Shown piece after piece: positions 35,907-50,300 of a stretch of 63,544 bases of DNA. The stretch comes from Parasitella parasitica NRRL 2501. Its lineage: Eukaryota; Fungi; Mucoromycota. The translations under genes were made by a program, and so were the position numbers. The stretch is taken from positions 34,830 to 98,373 of the forward strand of contig MU619355.1 of the NCBI GenBank assembly GCA_025201805.1, in the 5' to 3' direction. The stretch's first letter is position 1; every line of letters starts with the position of its first letter. The notes under the pieces are model-generated. The model searched no databases. It saw only the letters and a program-made list of their open reading frames with translations, and was not told where the DNA came from.

Positions 35907-38568
35907 CTACCAGTGAGACCAATTTTCCCGTTTCTGCGGCTGAGGTTGATCTTGTTGATCTTGCAGTGCTAAATTGCCCATTCCAAGGCTTAATTTTCTA
36001 CCGGTCGAGTATTTAAAAAGGGCATCAGTGCAAGAGTGGTGGATTTTACCTTATGATCTGCTCTGATTCTGACTGCCGTCTATAACAGTAATCTTTGCAT
36101 GTATCGCAGAATGCGTTTAAGCCCTTGGCATGGTCTGCGTAAAACTAATGTACAATAGAAAAAGAAAAAAAAAATCAGGAACCACTATTTTTTTTTTTTT
36201 TGCTCTACTGGCCCACTCACTTTTAGGCCTTCAGTCAGGTTTGTCTTGATTTCCTTGTATTTAAAGTATGCTTGGTTCAGGTTTTGCAAAGCCTTTTCTC
36301 GCTTTGCGCCCACGGTTCGATCATTCATGCGTGCCTTGTACTGATGATAGGCATCATTCAACTGTCTCAAAATCGTGCTTTGCTTTTCGTCTTCATGATC
36401 CACCGTCATGATAAAGTCGTCGTACTTTCGCAGCTCACTCACAAACAAGTCTTCAAACTGAGCTGCTTCAATCTTGATGGTGGGCGATTTTGCAGTGAGT
36501 TCGGCGGCTTTCTTCAAAAGCGCTGGCGAAATGTCGTCCGCATTGGACGCTTTTCTAACCTGATCAGCCACATCCTTCCTCAGTTTTATATGCTGGCTCA
36601 TGTCTTGTGTCAGTTTCTTGATGCGCATTAGACTCTCGGAGGGTGCGTTCTCTTCACTTGAGGGTATTGAGTTTTCCAGCTCTTCGCGCGTCAAGCAGAG
36701 CACATTGATTATGTTGGCCCAGGTGTCGAGTTTGTTGCGAACAATTAAATCTGCCTTTTGTGCAGATGTCAAAGTTTGTCTATGCTTTTGGCCCTGTGCG
36801 GCCAATTGCTGCGTAAGGACGTGTGATTCAGGGCGCTGCCAGTCTGCAGCATATCTTGATCGAAGAGATTCATCAGCCTCGTGTTCCTCGTCTAATGCGT
36901 TGAAGGCTTCCTCTAAAATGTCGGCATTTTTAAAAGATGCTTTCTGCACTTGCTCCCACATGTCGTACAGTGATTGAGAGCCGCCTCCGCTCCTTACCTC
37001 GGCTGCTTGCTGCATGATTGATTCCGGCAAGCCTGATGATTCGGTAGTGGCTAAAAGAGCGGGTAAATGCAGCGATTCAATCGAGCTATGGTATACGCTA
37101 TTTAGCTCTTCCAACTTGTGTATAATGTCTTCTTTGATCAGACGCTCTTTGCGGTCCACATACACACTTGCAGCCTGGTGAACCGCAAAAGGAACCAGCT
37201 TTTGGAACAAGGGCAGCCCTATGACAGGATGTAGCGAGTCTTTGTCATGCATCAGCGACACTGGATCAGCAATTTCAGTGGGTGCCTGAGCCTTGACCAT
37301 CTGCGTCTTTAAAATAGCTGGTAGCGACGACGGTAGTGGCACACTCTCTAGATAAATCACATCGTTGTCCTTTTCTGCGCGAGCTAGATTTGTGCTTATG
37401 ATTTGCTGTAGGCTTTTTAAATCGTTCATCACTGTTGGTGCTCCCTTGTATCGTAGATTCAGCGCACGTCGAACAAAGTCTGTCGCTAGCTGCAAACGTG
37501 CCACCTCTTCTCCGTACTTGTCCTGCGAAATACACTCGCACGATTTGCGAAACTGCGCGGCTGCATTAAAGTGTAATGCTTTGATTTGCATGTGGGTAAG
37601 CCACTCCCGAGGAAAGACGCTACTGATGGATGAATTGGATGCGAGTTCGCAGGCGGTGTCGTAAAATTCGGCAATTTTGAGAGCCAAGCGAGCAATGGTG
37701 CCATCTCGTAGCTGATCCATGGCTGCCTTTTGCCACACACATTCTTGAGCTTGAGCGAGCATGAGGTTGATGAGTGTCTGTAGTGCGTACACTGACATGT
37801 CCACAGTGGGTGGTATCCTCATTTCTGGCACAACATTATCTAGTAGCAACTGAAAACAGCCCGCAGAATGCTTTACCGGCAATCGCATTTAAATAAATGA
37901 ATACATGCAAAAAAAGAAAAAAGGGTAAATCAATTACTTGCCTGAAAAAAGTTGCACGCTTTCTTTACACCCTCATTAGTCGATCTATTTTCTGCATTTC
38001 CCAGCTGGCTGTACACAGCACCTATTGAATAGAGAACACATGCTTTTTCATAGTTCATGTTTCGATGGGAGACTACAGAAATGGCGCCTTGCTGGTTAAC
38101 AAGAAAAGTAAATCAGCCCTACACGACATGACTTGCCTGGTTTTCGCTCCTCTCCAAACGTCAGATACCAAGGAAACTCAATCCCTACCTACAAGCCAGA
38201 TAAGCATGCTACATACATATAAACATCTAAATAAAGACGAGGATTTCATTTATTACATCAATTGGAAACTTGGCGCTGATAAACACAAGCTGGGCATAAT
38301 ATCTACAAGAACCATGAATACGTGCATCATCAAACAAACAGCCTCTTTACTTTATCAGTCTGTTTAGAGCTTTCTGATTTGCTTCCATGTATATACAATC
38401 GTTTCTCAGCTCGTCCAGTACTCTAAAGTCGTCTGTATACAGGTCGGGGTGCTCAGCATATCCGTTTGATATGTACTCTCGCAGGTAGGGAGTCCATATT
38501 ATACGCTCTGTTTTTTTAGAGCTTATAGCCAGCATATTCGTCATTGTATTCATAGTCTCTGCTGACAT
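35907..38568 (-). CDS. RIM20: BRO1 + ALIX V-domain pH-response regulator PalA/Rim20, multi-exon
   Basis: [45 protein letters not shown] and NLTEGLKFY. The last exon ends RENWSHW* at 35907. The paralogue BRO1 is not fully excluded. Confidence 0.85.
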
Positions 38569-38996
38569 GATGGTAATTATCTCTTTTGATTTGAGGNNNN
38601 NNNNNNNNNNNNNNNNNNNNNNNNNNNNNNNNNNNNNNNNNNNNNNNNNNNNNNNNNNNNNNNNNNNNNNNNNNNNNNNNNNNNNNNNNNNNNNNNNNNN
38701 NNNNNNNNNNNNNNNNNNNNNNNNNNNNNNNNNNNNNNNNNNNNNNNNNNNNNNNNNNNNNNNNNNNNNNNNNNNNNNNNNNNNNNNNNNNNNNNNNNNN
38801 NNNNNNNNNNNNNNNNNNNNNTTTCTTTTTTTTCTAGCTCGAAAAGAGTAAAAATGGGATGGAACACTAGCTGTGGATATTCTCGTGTCGTTTTGGGTAT
38901 TGATAATTATACAGGGAAAAAGAAAAACTTTCCAAAATACAGGATATATATTAGGCCAAGTTTAATGGATATAGTAGTCTCGAACAATGATCAGCA

Positions 38997-40863
38997 CTAC
39001 CTGCGTTCCTTTCTAGGTGGCTCTCTAACAGGACCGGCTCGTAGTGGCGATGAGCTTGCAGTACTATCATTGTCTATGGCGTGGCGAGAAGCCGCAAAAC
39101 TTTGCCAGTGAGATGGGACATCAGACTCCTTTTTGACGTCTGTCTGGGGTGCGGTGCTGACAGCATCTGCTCTGGGTGTCTGCTCTTTGTCTTCAATCTC
39201 GCTGTCATCATCGGATTCGTCTGCATCAGCAAATCGATCCTCCTCGTTGTCTCTTTCAGAGTCACTTTGCCAATCACCATTCCCGCTGATCCCTTGTGTG
39301 CTGTTTTTATCCTCATTGCTTTCCTGTCCATTCATTTCATTTATGTTGCCAGGTTCGTTTGCGGCATTCTGATTGCTATCTCGTCTATCGATGTCATGTT
39401 TGCTGAGGCTATTATCATGGTTGATGGCATTCTCAGTCACAGGCGTTCTATTTGGGGTGGCTGCTTGAGGCTGTTCCTCTTTGTCTACTGCATCATCTGC
39501 AGAGTCTCCCTCCTTGGGCCCGCGGTCCTGCTTTGCTCCATCTTTTTCTGCCCTCCTAGAGCTCTTTTTACTCTTCTTCTTTTTGGATCTCCTGTCTCTT
39601 TCAGTAGTGCGTCGTGGACTGGAATCATTAGAGACTAAAAAGCCAGGGATAGGCGATGTCGGATTAATGTAAGGCACGGCGAATGTAGGTTTATCCATCA
39701 TGCTTGTGTAGGGCATCACTATCCAGATTGGAGGATTACCTACGGCTGGCTTTGTTGTTATAGCTGCTGGCACTGCTGCTGGAGCTCGAGTATCTTCAGA
39801 TTGCTGATTCTGCTCGACTTGCTGATTCTTCTCAGGTTGCTCATTCTGCTCAGGTTGCTCATTCTGCTCAGATTGTTCATTCTGCTCGGCTTGCTCATTC
39901 TGCTCGGCTTGTTCATTCTGTTCGGCTTGCTCATTCTGCTCAGCTTGCTCACTTTGCTCAGCTTGTTCACTTTGCTCCGCTTGCTGATTCTGCTGAGAAT
40001 GTTGATTTTCCATGTGTTGCAGGTAAAGACCTTGCGTGCTCAAGTGATGAGCGAGCGTCATGATGTCCTTGAAGGTGGTTGTAAATCCGTCAGCAACAGG
40101 TTCGTTTACCTGGTCGCACAGATCTCGGCTTATCTTTCTCGCAATTTCTTTCGAACCGTCAGTATCATCGTGCGAGTCGCTCGGTACTTTTCCCATGGAG
40201 CTAGCGACCAATTTATCAGCAAGATAAGCAATGGCCTCGGGCTCAATAGAAGGATAAGCACCTGAAATAAAATGAAGGAAACCTTGTTGAGCAAGACGAA
40301 CTAGATAAAAGAATTGGAGGACGGCAAAAAGCTCTCTTTCTCGAAGAGGCCCCTCTTTCTGCATGTTTTCTTGTTGGCAACCCGTAGTAGACAAGTCTTT
40401 TTTTTTTTTTTTTTTTTTTTTNNNNNNNNNNNNNNNNNNNNNNNNNNNNNNNNNNNNNNNNNNNNNNNNNNNNNNNNNNNNNNNNNNNNNNNNNNNNNNN
40501 NNNNNNNNNNNNNNNNNNNNNNNNNNNNNNNNNNNNNNNNNNNNNNNNNNNNNNNNNNNNNNNNNNNNNNNNNNNNNNNNNNNNNNNNNNNNNNNNNNNN
40601 NNNNNNNNNNNNNNNNNNNNNNNNNNNNNNNNNNNNNNNNNNNNNNNNNNNTCACAGCGAGAACCAAATCAGTAAAGTTGCAGAGTCAAATCGCATGGTG
40701 TATACTCTACCGCATTGTCTTCTGCTTCAGCGATTTCGTTGTTCAGGAAAGCTGCAACTCGCATACCTGATTTTTTACCAAGATCTGAAGGATGGATTTT
40801 GCTCATGTTGTCTGTAGGATGAACCATTCCCGAGCAAAAAGAAAATGCGTTTCGCTTTGACAT
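38997..40863 (-). CDS. Hypothetical protein with NEQAEQ repeats and an acidic disordered tail (spans an assembly gap)
   Basis: Long open frame 38997 to about 40400, plus an upstream exon near 40863-40710. The gap at 40422-40651 prevents a full model. Confidence 0.7.
39802..39995 (-). repeat. Coding 18-bp (2 x 9-bp) tandem repeat encoding (N/S)EQ(A/S/P)EQ, about 10 copies
   Basis: TGCTCATTCTGCTCGGCT-like units. Confidence 0.9.
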
Positions 40864-41065
40864 GCTGGCAAGCTTGCTTTTGAAGTATTTCAAGGCGGTC
40901 ACAGTTGTGCGTCACCTTGGAAAAAAAAACATTGAACATTTCAGAGATCACATTAATCTCATTATATAACTTTTTTTCTCTCTCTCTCTCTCTCTCACTA
41001 TTGTGCTTGCAACAGCATTAGTCCATCAGTTGCATAATAGCAAGTTTTTTTTTTTGAATTCTGTT

Positions 41066-41187
41066 ATGGTAAGAGGCGCAAGTGGAAGCAAACCGAATCT
41101 AACTTCAATGAATCATGAAATAACACAGTATCAACAGATTTACGACAATTATGGGCAGCATCACCCACAGCAGCAGCAACAGCAACG

Positions 41188-41220
<33 letters not shown>

Positions 41221-42539
41221 ACAGCAGCAGCAGCAGGAGGATGATCATGTGAACCCAAGCAAGTCCATTTTTCTTCATGAGAATGATTCGAATCCATCTC
41301 ATTTCTCCCCTCCGTTACCTGGTGCTTTTGCAGTAAGATACCCTTCATTTGATGCCTCCAGCTTTGACCAACAGCCGCCCTCACACTACAATCAATCTCA
41401 ATCATCAAGCCAAGCAGACGACCCTTCGTCTATACATGCGTTCAACAATTTTCACGCCGTAAATGTTTATTTAAATGTATCTGCCATTTTAGTATATTAA
41501 GACTTTCTATATTTTATAGTTGAGTTCGCCTCAAGATTTAGTTGCAAGTTTGACTAGTACGCCGGTGTTTAGCCATGTCGAAATTGGACAAGACTCAAGC
41601 TCCTCATCAACCGTAACAACAACTGCCACCATTCTCCCGCCTCTTAATACGACGCCGATAATCATGGCTCCCTTACAACATCATCAAACTACATCACATC
41701 AAACCTATCTTTTAGCACAAAAGAAGCCGTTAAAAGGGTCTCCTCGGCCATCTCGAGAGCGGGCGCCGTGGACTCCTGAAGAGGATAAGCTGCTCAGGCT
41801 GGCAGTGCAGTTATATGGAGACAAGACTGAAAAGTGGGCCAAGATTGCTGCTTGCGTTCCGGGTCGTACTAATAAGAATTGCAGAAAGCGCTGGTTTCAT
41901 TCGCTTGATCCATCCTTGCGCAAAGGTGCGTGGACGGAAGAGGAGGATCAACTGCTGCGAGAAGGTGTGAGCAAGTACCCGAATCAATGGAGCAAAATTG
42001 CAGACATGTTGCCAGGCCGCACGGATGATCAATGCGCAAAACGCTGGCGGGAGAGTTTGGATCCAAGCATCGACAGGTCCGAGTGGACAGCTACCGAGGA
42101 TTTGTTACTGATGGAAAAATATGAAGAGTACGGATCACAGTGGCAAAAGATTGCCTTCTTTTTTGACGGACGGCCTGGGCTTCACTGTCGTAATAGATGG
42201 CGTAAATTGCAGCGCATGATCCAGGTGAAAAAGGATAAAGAAGGGAACGCTAATGCGCCGTTTTTTAATACAATGGCGGGAGAGCAGCCGCTTCGATTTC
42301 AGCATGCAAATTCTACATCTTTAGCATCTTCCTCGAAAAGTATCCCAGTCATCAATACCTCAAATAACGGCATCTCTACTGCAAGCTTACAATCACAAAC
42401 AACAAATCATATCCCACACACAATGACCTCGACGGATGCATCGCAGTCATTTCAGCAAATAACAACTTTGTTGCAACAACAGCAGCATCAACTACAGCAA
42501 CAACATCAACAGCAACAACAGCAACAACAGCAACAACAT

Positions 42540-42571
<32 letters not shown>

Positions 42572-43043
42572 ACTACATCAGCAACAGCAAGACCCATCCG
42601 TTTTAGCACAATTTCACAACCATGTCCAGGCTCCAGAAGAGTTTGATGAATACGGGAATGGTGTCAAACCTTATGGGTGTGATGTGCCTGGATGTTTTGC
42701 TGTCTTTGCAGACTCATCAGGGTTGTTTTATCATATGAAAAACAACCACCCCAACTTGGAAGGAGTAGGGAAACCATTCAGATGTGCCATGGCCAACTGT
42801 ACAAAAAAATACAAAAACATCAACGGATTACAATATCACATCAAGGACGCCAAGGGAACAACAGGGCATGGTGGAGGGATATTGGCAGATGATGATCGCC
42901 CCTACCGTTGTATGATAGGAGCTTGCAAAAAGGCGTACCGTACAGCGAGTGGATTTAGATATCATCAGCAAAACGGCCATCAAGTGCCACCGTCATCGTC
43001 TGTTTCACTATCTGCTTCGGCACCACTAGAGCAGCAGCAATAC

Positions 43044-43076
<33 letters not shown>

Positions 43077-43118
43077 TTTCGCATGAAGCGAGCAAAATGG
43101 GTTATGGATGGTGTCTAA
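41066..43118 (+). CDS. Transcription factor with three Myb repeats (Bas1-like) and three C2H2 fingers (Sfp1-like), poly-Q; 2 exons (intron 41459-41519)
   Basis: WTPEED..GRTNKNCRKRW, WTEEED..GRTDDQCAKRW, WTATED..CRNRW; fingers CDVPGC..H, CAMANCTKKYKNINGLQYH, CMIGACKKAYRTASGFRYH. Confidence 0.92.
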
Positions 43119-45029
43119 TTTTGCTTTATATTTGTTTTTTTTGATTTTTCTCTTGTACACTACTTTTTTTTTTTTTATATTTTCTTTTTAATTTTCTACT
43201 ATTGCTAATATTCTTACCATTATTATTTATTATATATATTCATGTATATGCATATACTTCAACGATAACAATTGCTTGCTTTTCTTTTCTTTTCGTAATA
43301 ACAATCGCTTTTTTNNNNNNNNNNNNNCCCCCCCCCTAAACAACGCATTGCCTTCAAAAGTAAACTGACCAATAAAATCGCCTTTTTGAACCAGTAATAC
43401 GTGGCCAATCATATTGTTGTGTGGGATTTATTGCTTCCTGAAACCAGGTTCACTTTGGGTTGTGTGGTAGGCTATTTAGGTAGGCTACCCAAGGCTACTC
43501 AAGGCTACTTGATGAATGGTGCCCATATTTCTCTACATGAACAATGCTATAAGACTTGACCTTGCAGCAACTTTGGTCTTGATTCGTAACGATGATAGTT
43601 TGGATTTTGATGACTTGAATGTAGACCCATCTTTGGGCATTATTGTGGGGACAGTTGTAGGCTGTCAGATTGATGGTCATGTATTTTACAGCAGAAACAC
43701 CATAAATAAAGGAAGATATTCAGCCTTGGATGGCAGTTTTATGCGTGTAAAGCATGCAGCCTTGATATTCTGTTTCAAGGTCAGTTTTTAAGCCGACAAC
43801 TTTCAGCTGTCATTTACCCTTGTTGCTCCCCTCATGAAAAATCGGCTTTTTTTTCACGAAAATCATCTTGAAAAACGGCCTACATCTGTGAGGGAAAACA
43901 ATGTGTATGTATGATACTATACAATATTTTTGCTGCTGCACCTACTAGAAATTCATGCTTTACAATAAATAACTTTATATCGTTGCTTTGGATTTGAGGG
44001 TTATATGTTGAAAAATTAGAAATTGTTATTGACGTACACTGTTTTCCGCCGGAAAAAAAAAACCAGAACGACCGCTGCGAGGGATTTTTGTACAAGCTAT
44101 TCGAAGCTTAGCAATGCAATTCATAACTGATGTCATTTTATGGAGCGGAAAGATGTCGAAATGGGAACTATGAAAAGACAGATAGTACGGTACCAAGGCT
44201 TTCCGACTTTGCGAAAATATTCGAGTAGCAAAATTTTGTAGCCATAATGTCAGCCGTAATATTGCCTCGGCCACTGATTCTCTCCAACCAAACCGGGATT
44301 TGCTGAAAATGCCTTGGCATATATTTATATTAGCAGATTGAGTTGGAGGGACTTGGGTTTGGTAATCAGGATCGCGGATTTAGGACATTCTCATCTAGTC
44401 CAAATTACTCATTGAGTCGGCGGCGGGGTACTCCTGCTTTAAAATCAAGCATGTATTGGACATTATGATACTACCTAGCTATCTTACGATGTTGCGCAAG
44501 ATGTACGTGCATACGGATGCTCATTTTGATTTGCAGTGTCGTAGCAAAAAGAAGCAGCATATAGTTTTTATAAAAAGTATAATGCAGATAGGGAAGCAAG
44601 CGTACACATATGGCTGGNNNNNNNNNNNNNNNNNNNNNNNNNNNNNNNNNNNNNNNNNNNNNNNNNNNNNNNNNNNNNNNNNNNNNNNNNNNNNNNNNNN
44701 NNNNNNNNNNNNNNNNNNNNNNNNNNNNNNNNNNNNNNNNNNNNNNNNNNNNNNNNNNNNNNNNNNNNNNNNNNNNNNNNNNNNNNNNNNNNNNNNNNNN
44801 NNNNNNNNNNNNNNNNNNNNNNNNNNNNNNNNNNNNNNNNNNNNNNNNNNNNNNNNNNNNNNNNNNNNNNNNNNNNNNNNNNNNNNNNNNNNNNNNNNNN
44901 NNNNNNNNNNNNNNNNNNNNNNNNNNNNNNNNNNNNNNNNNNNNNNNAAGTTCTCAAATCGAGTCTTTTTTGGTTTTTTTTCAATCCTCCTGGTCAAGCT
45001 TGCGTTTCTTATTCTAATAAAAGAGTTGG

Positions 45030-46983
<1,954 letters not shown>

Positions 46984-47304
46984 GGTTTACAGTTATGAAA
47001 TGAGATAGCGAAAGAAAAAAANNNNNNNNNNNNNNNNNNNNNNNNNNNNNNNNNNNNNNNNNNNNNNNNNNNNNNNNNNNNNNNNNNNNNNNNNNNNNNN
47101 NNNNNNNNNNNNNNNNNNNNNNNNNNNNNNNNNNNNNNNNNNNNNNNNNNNNNNNNNNNNNNNNNNNNNNNNNNNNNNNNNNNNNNNNNNNNNNNNNNNN
47201 NNNNNNNNNNNNNNNNNNNNNNNNNNNNNNNNNNNNNNNNNNNNNNNNNNNNNNNNNNNNNNNNNNNNNNNNNNNNNNNNNAAAAACTACTTTATTGTTG
47301 TTGT

Positions 47305-50300
47305 TCAACTTGGTATTTGACTTTTGAGGAAACCCAATACAAGAGGCACCATTGAGTTTTGCACAACCAGCTTGACAATCTCATGGCCCCGCTTTGTAAC
47401 CACGTTCGCAGTAGTGGAGGTAGTTGTCGTGGTAACGACGGCATTGCGGTCCTCTTCCTTTTTCTTGGGCAGGAGCAGTCGCATTGCTCTGCCATGTTTG
47501 TCTTCGTATTCTGAGGAAGGGCTATTTGCTAGCGCATTACCGTTTGCACTGGCTGTGGTATTTTTGCTGGAGCTTGTGCGAGCGGTTCCCTTCTTGACCT
47601 CGTCCGCCAAAAGTACCTCCTTGAGCACCTGTAGAGCTACACGAGCCTCAGAGCTCATACTGTGCAACTGCGAAACGCTCTTCTCATTCCGGTCTTCGTT
47701 CACGTAGCCGCTCAGTTTCTTCAAAGTCTCGAGCCATTGAATGCGCTCTTCCTCTGTCTCGACACTGAATGTGTACTTGCGATTGACCATGATGGGCCTC
47801 TCTGCTTCCTCGTCGTCGCCGTCGCCGTCGCCGTCGTGCTCTTTTTCATCCCGGTTTCTGCGCGTGGCATTCCTCGATTTCTTGACAGACTTCATGTTGG
47901 TGTCGTCCTCCTTTTTGCGGGTGCCCTCTTCCTCTTCGATCAACATCTTTTTCTTGTCTTTGTCATGATCGACATGCTTGAATCCGATTTGGAAAGTGTA
48001 TCGCATAAACGGCCTCTCGACAACGACGCTCTTGGTTCTGGGCAACGTAGGACTGACGTAGTTGCCAGCGTTCTCGCCAGTCTTGATAAACATGAGCGAC
48101 GTCCTGCCCAAGGTATTTCCGGTGATGGTGAATGTCTGGATGCACGAGTTGGAAAAGTCCAGCACATTGGGCTCAAACGCCAAATCTTGGCCGCGTAGCT
48201 TTATCTGCAGCCCTTTATCAGGTGCTGGGATCGATATGGTAATGGGATTCGATGCAAGTCCCTTGGTGAGCCTAGTAGGTAATCGATGTGGGGTCACTGT
48301 GATAACTACGTCCTGTGAGCCTTGTTGCACAGACGGCGAGACGGTTTTGGGTCTCCCTACTCCGCCGTCCTGAGTAGACTGAATTCGCCTGCCAGTCTTA
48401 TTGTCCCATCCCGTCTCAAGCCTCTCCTCGCCAATCGACTTGTACATCTCCTCCATGAATTCACGGGGCACTAGGCGATACTGGTCGTAGTAGTCCCAGC
48501 GCTCTAGAAAGTCATTGAGCGACGGCTGGCTGTTGCCCCGCGCCCGCAAAGACATAATGTAGTGCAATGGCTCCACAGCCACGCTTTGGCGAGGCCTGGA
48601 AGCAGTCGTAGCCGACGTCGAGGGCTTTTGCACGGTGTTTGGTCGCTGGTAGTCCATCACGCTCATCTTGCGCTTAGCCTGACGGTCCTGACGTTCCTTG
48701 AGTTCACGAGCATACCAAAACACATCTCTCTCCGAGGTAGCATCGTACCAAAATTCAGCATTCAGGAACAGCATGGCAACGACGACTTTGACAACCATAT
48801 CTTCATGGAACTTGATGACGTTCTGGTTGGCATCGTGCCACTTTTTAGCGAAACGCTCGATCAGATACTCTAAAGCTTCCCAGTTGCTAGGCAGTCGAAA
48901 TGTTGTCAGTAGAATGCGCAATGCTTCGTCCAGTCGCAACCCCACTAGACGGAAGCACTCTAAAAATGCATCATAAACATCGCTGTTCTTCAGATCTGAC
49001 AAGTAGTAGCCCAGCTGGCGACGGTTGAGGTCAGGTGTCTTGAACAGAAAGTTGGCAATGCTAAGGGGATCGTTAGTCAATACGCCCTTGTCTATCAGAT
49101 ATTCGATGCCAAGTTTTGCATTGGTCTCGAATTTCCGCAGTGCAGAAGCCATGATGGGGTGGATTTTGCGAGCAGGAGGCAGGATGGGTCGGCCGTTGGG
49201 CCCAATGTCAACTGTAGTCGGACCTGAATTGGACGCATTGTACAGGTCTTCCTTGCTGATGTGCAGCGTCAACTGGCCCAGCTGGACAATGTTCTTGACC
49301 TGAAACAGCGAGTGTTCGTTGGGCCTAAAGCGGTATCTGTTCTTTTCTTGGCTATTTCTCTTGGAGCTGGAGCTGACAATAATGTTTTCGTCCATGATGG
49401 GTTTGCAAATCAAGAGCAAATCGCTGAACAAAAAGAGGTAGCGGTCTTTGACGGTGTTTGCATTGACGACTTGGAACACTGGGGTATGTAGTAGATGTTG
49501 TCTGGGAGGGTCTGGTAATGGCTTTGTGGCCTTGGGCAAGCTCTGAGGAGGATGGGGTGGAGAAGGAAGAGGAAGAGAAAGAGAAGGAGGAGGAGAAGAA
49601 GAAGAAGGAGGAGGTGCTGGCGGTGCTGGCGGTGCTGTGGTCAGCAGATGCTTGATCCTCTCTACAGAGGGTGAAAATTTGGGCGCTTCTTCATACATGT
49701 CTGCATAATTTTGCGGCTTCATAAGGTCAAAAATGCCGTCTGCCTTGAGACGAGTCGCACTGGAGGGAGCATTGCTAGTTGGTGGATATGACAATGGCGA
49801 ACGAGACCGCAGTGATCGCTGTGAAAGCGGCAGCTGTAGTTTCTCCAAAGTCATGGTGGTGTCTTCTTCGTCAGAAAGTTCAATGTCGCTGTCCTCGGCA
49901 CGCTGTTTTTTCTTTTGACCCTGAGTTGCACTCGCAGGAGAAACCGACTCTTCGTCGTCATCCGTGTTTAAACGGGCACAAGAACTGCCGACTCTTTCTT
50001 TTTCATAGCGGTGTCGCAGCGACTTGTACAGAGAGCTATCGATCTCTGCAGCTGTTGAGAAAGAGGGTGTAATGAACGGCGACATGCCGTAATGCGAATC
50101 GATATCAAACGAGCCTGGACTAAACGAATCCTCTGGTAGTCTGACCTTTTCCCAGTTGCTGAATGAGCTTGGAACAGCCACTCCACGCTCTATAAGTCGC
50201 TGTGTGAACGAATGGCCGTTGCTGCTGCCTACTGAGCTGGTTGAATTTTTACGGCCATTCGGTCTGGTTAAATCGAAACCGTCGGGTTTGCCGTATATCG

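Noticed and set aside
3670-40996. Simple repeats: (GAAT)n at about 3670 and 30546, (ATTGCTC)4 at 10411, (TAAAA)n at about 14540, (TC)n at about 40977
   Set aside because: Ordinary microsatellites with no supporting structure.
41064-42609. Poly-L/V/A ORFs antisense to poly-Q tracts (also at 206-439 and 39801-40265)
   Set aside because: Shadow frames of CAA/CAG and NEQAEQ repeats in real genes.
43330-44460. Short ORFs and possible decayed coding sequence downstream of the Myb gene
   Set aside because: Multiple stops in all frames and no recognisable family.
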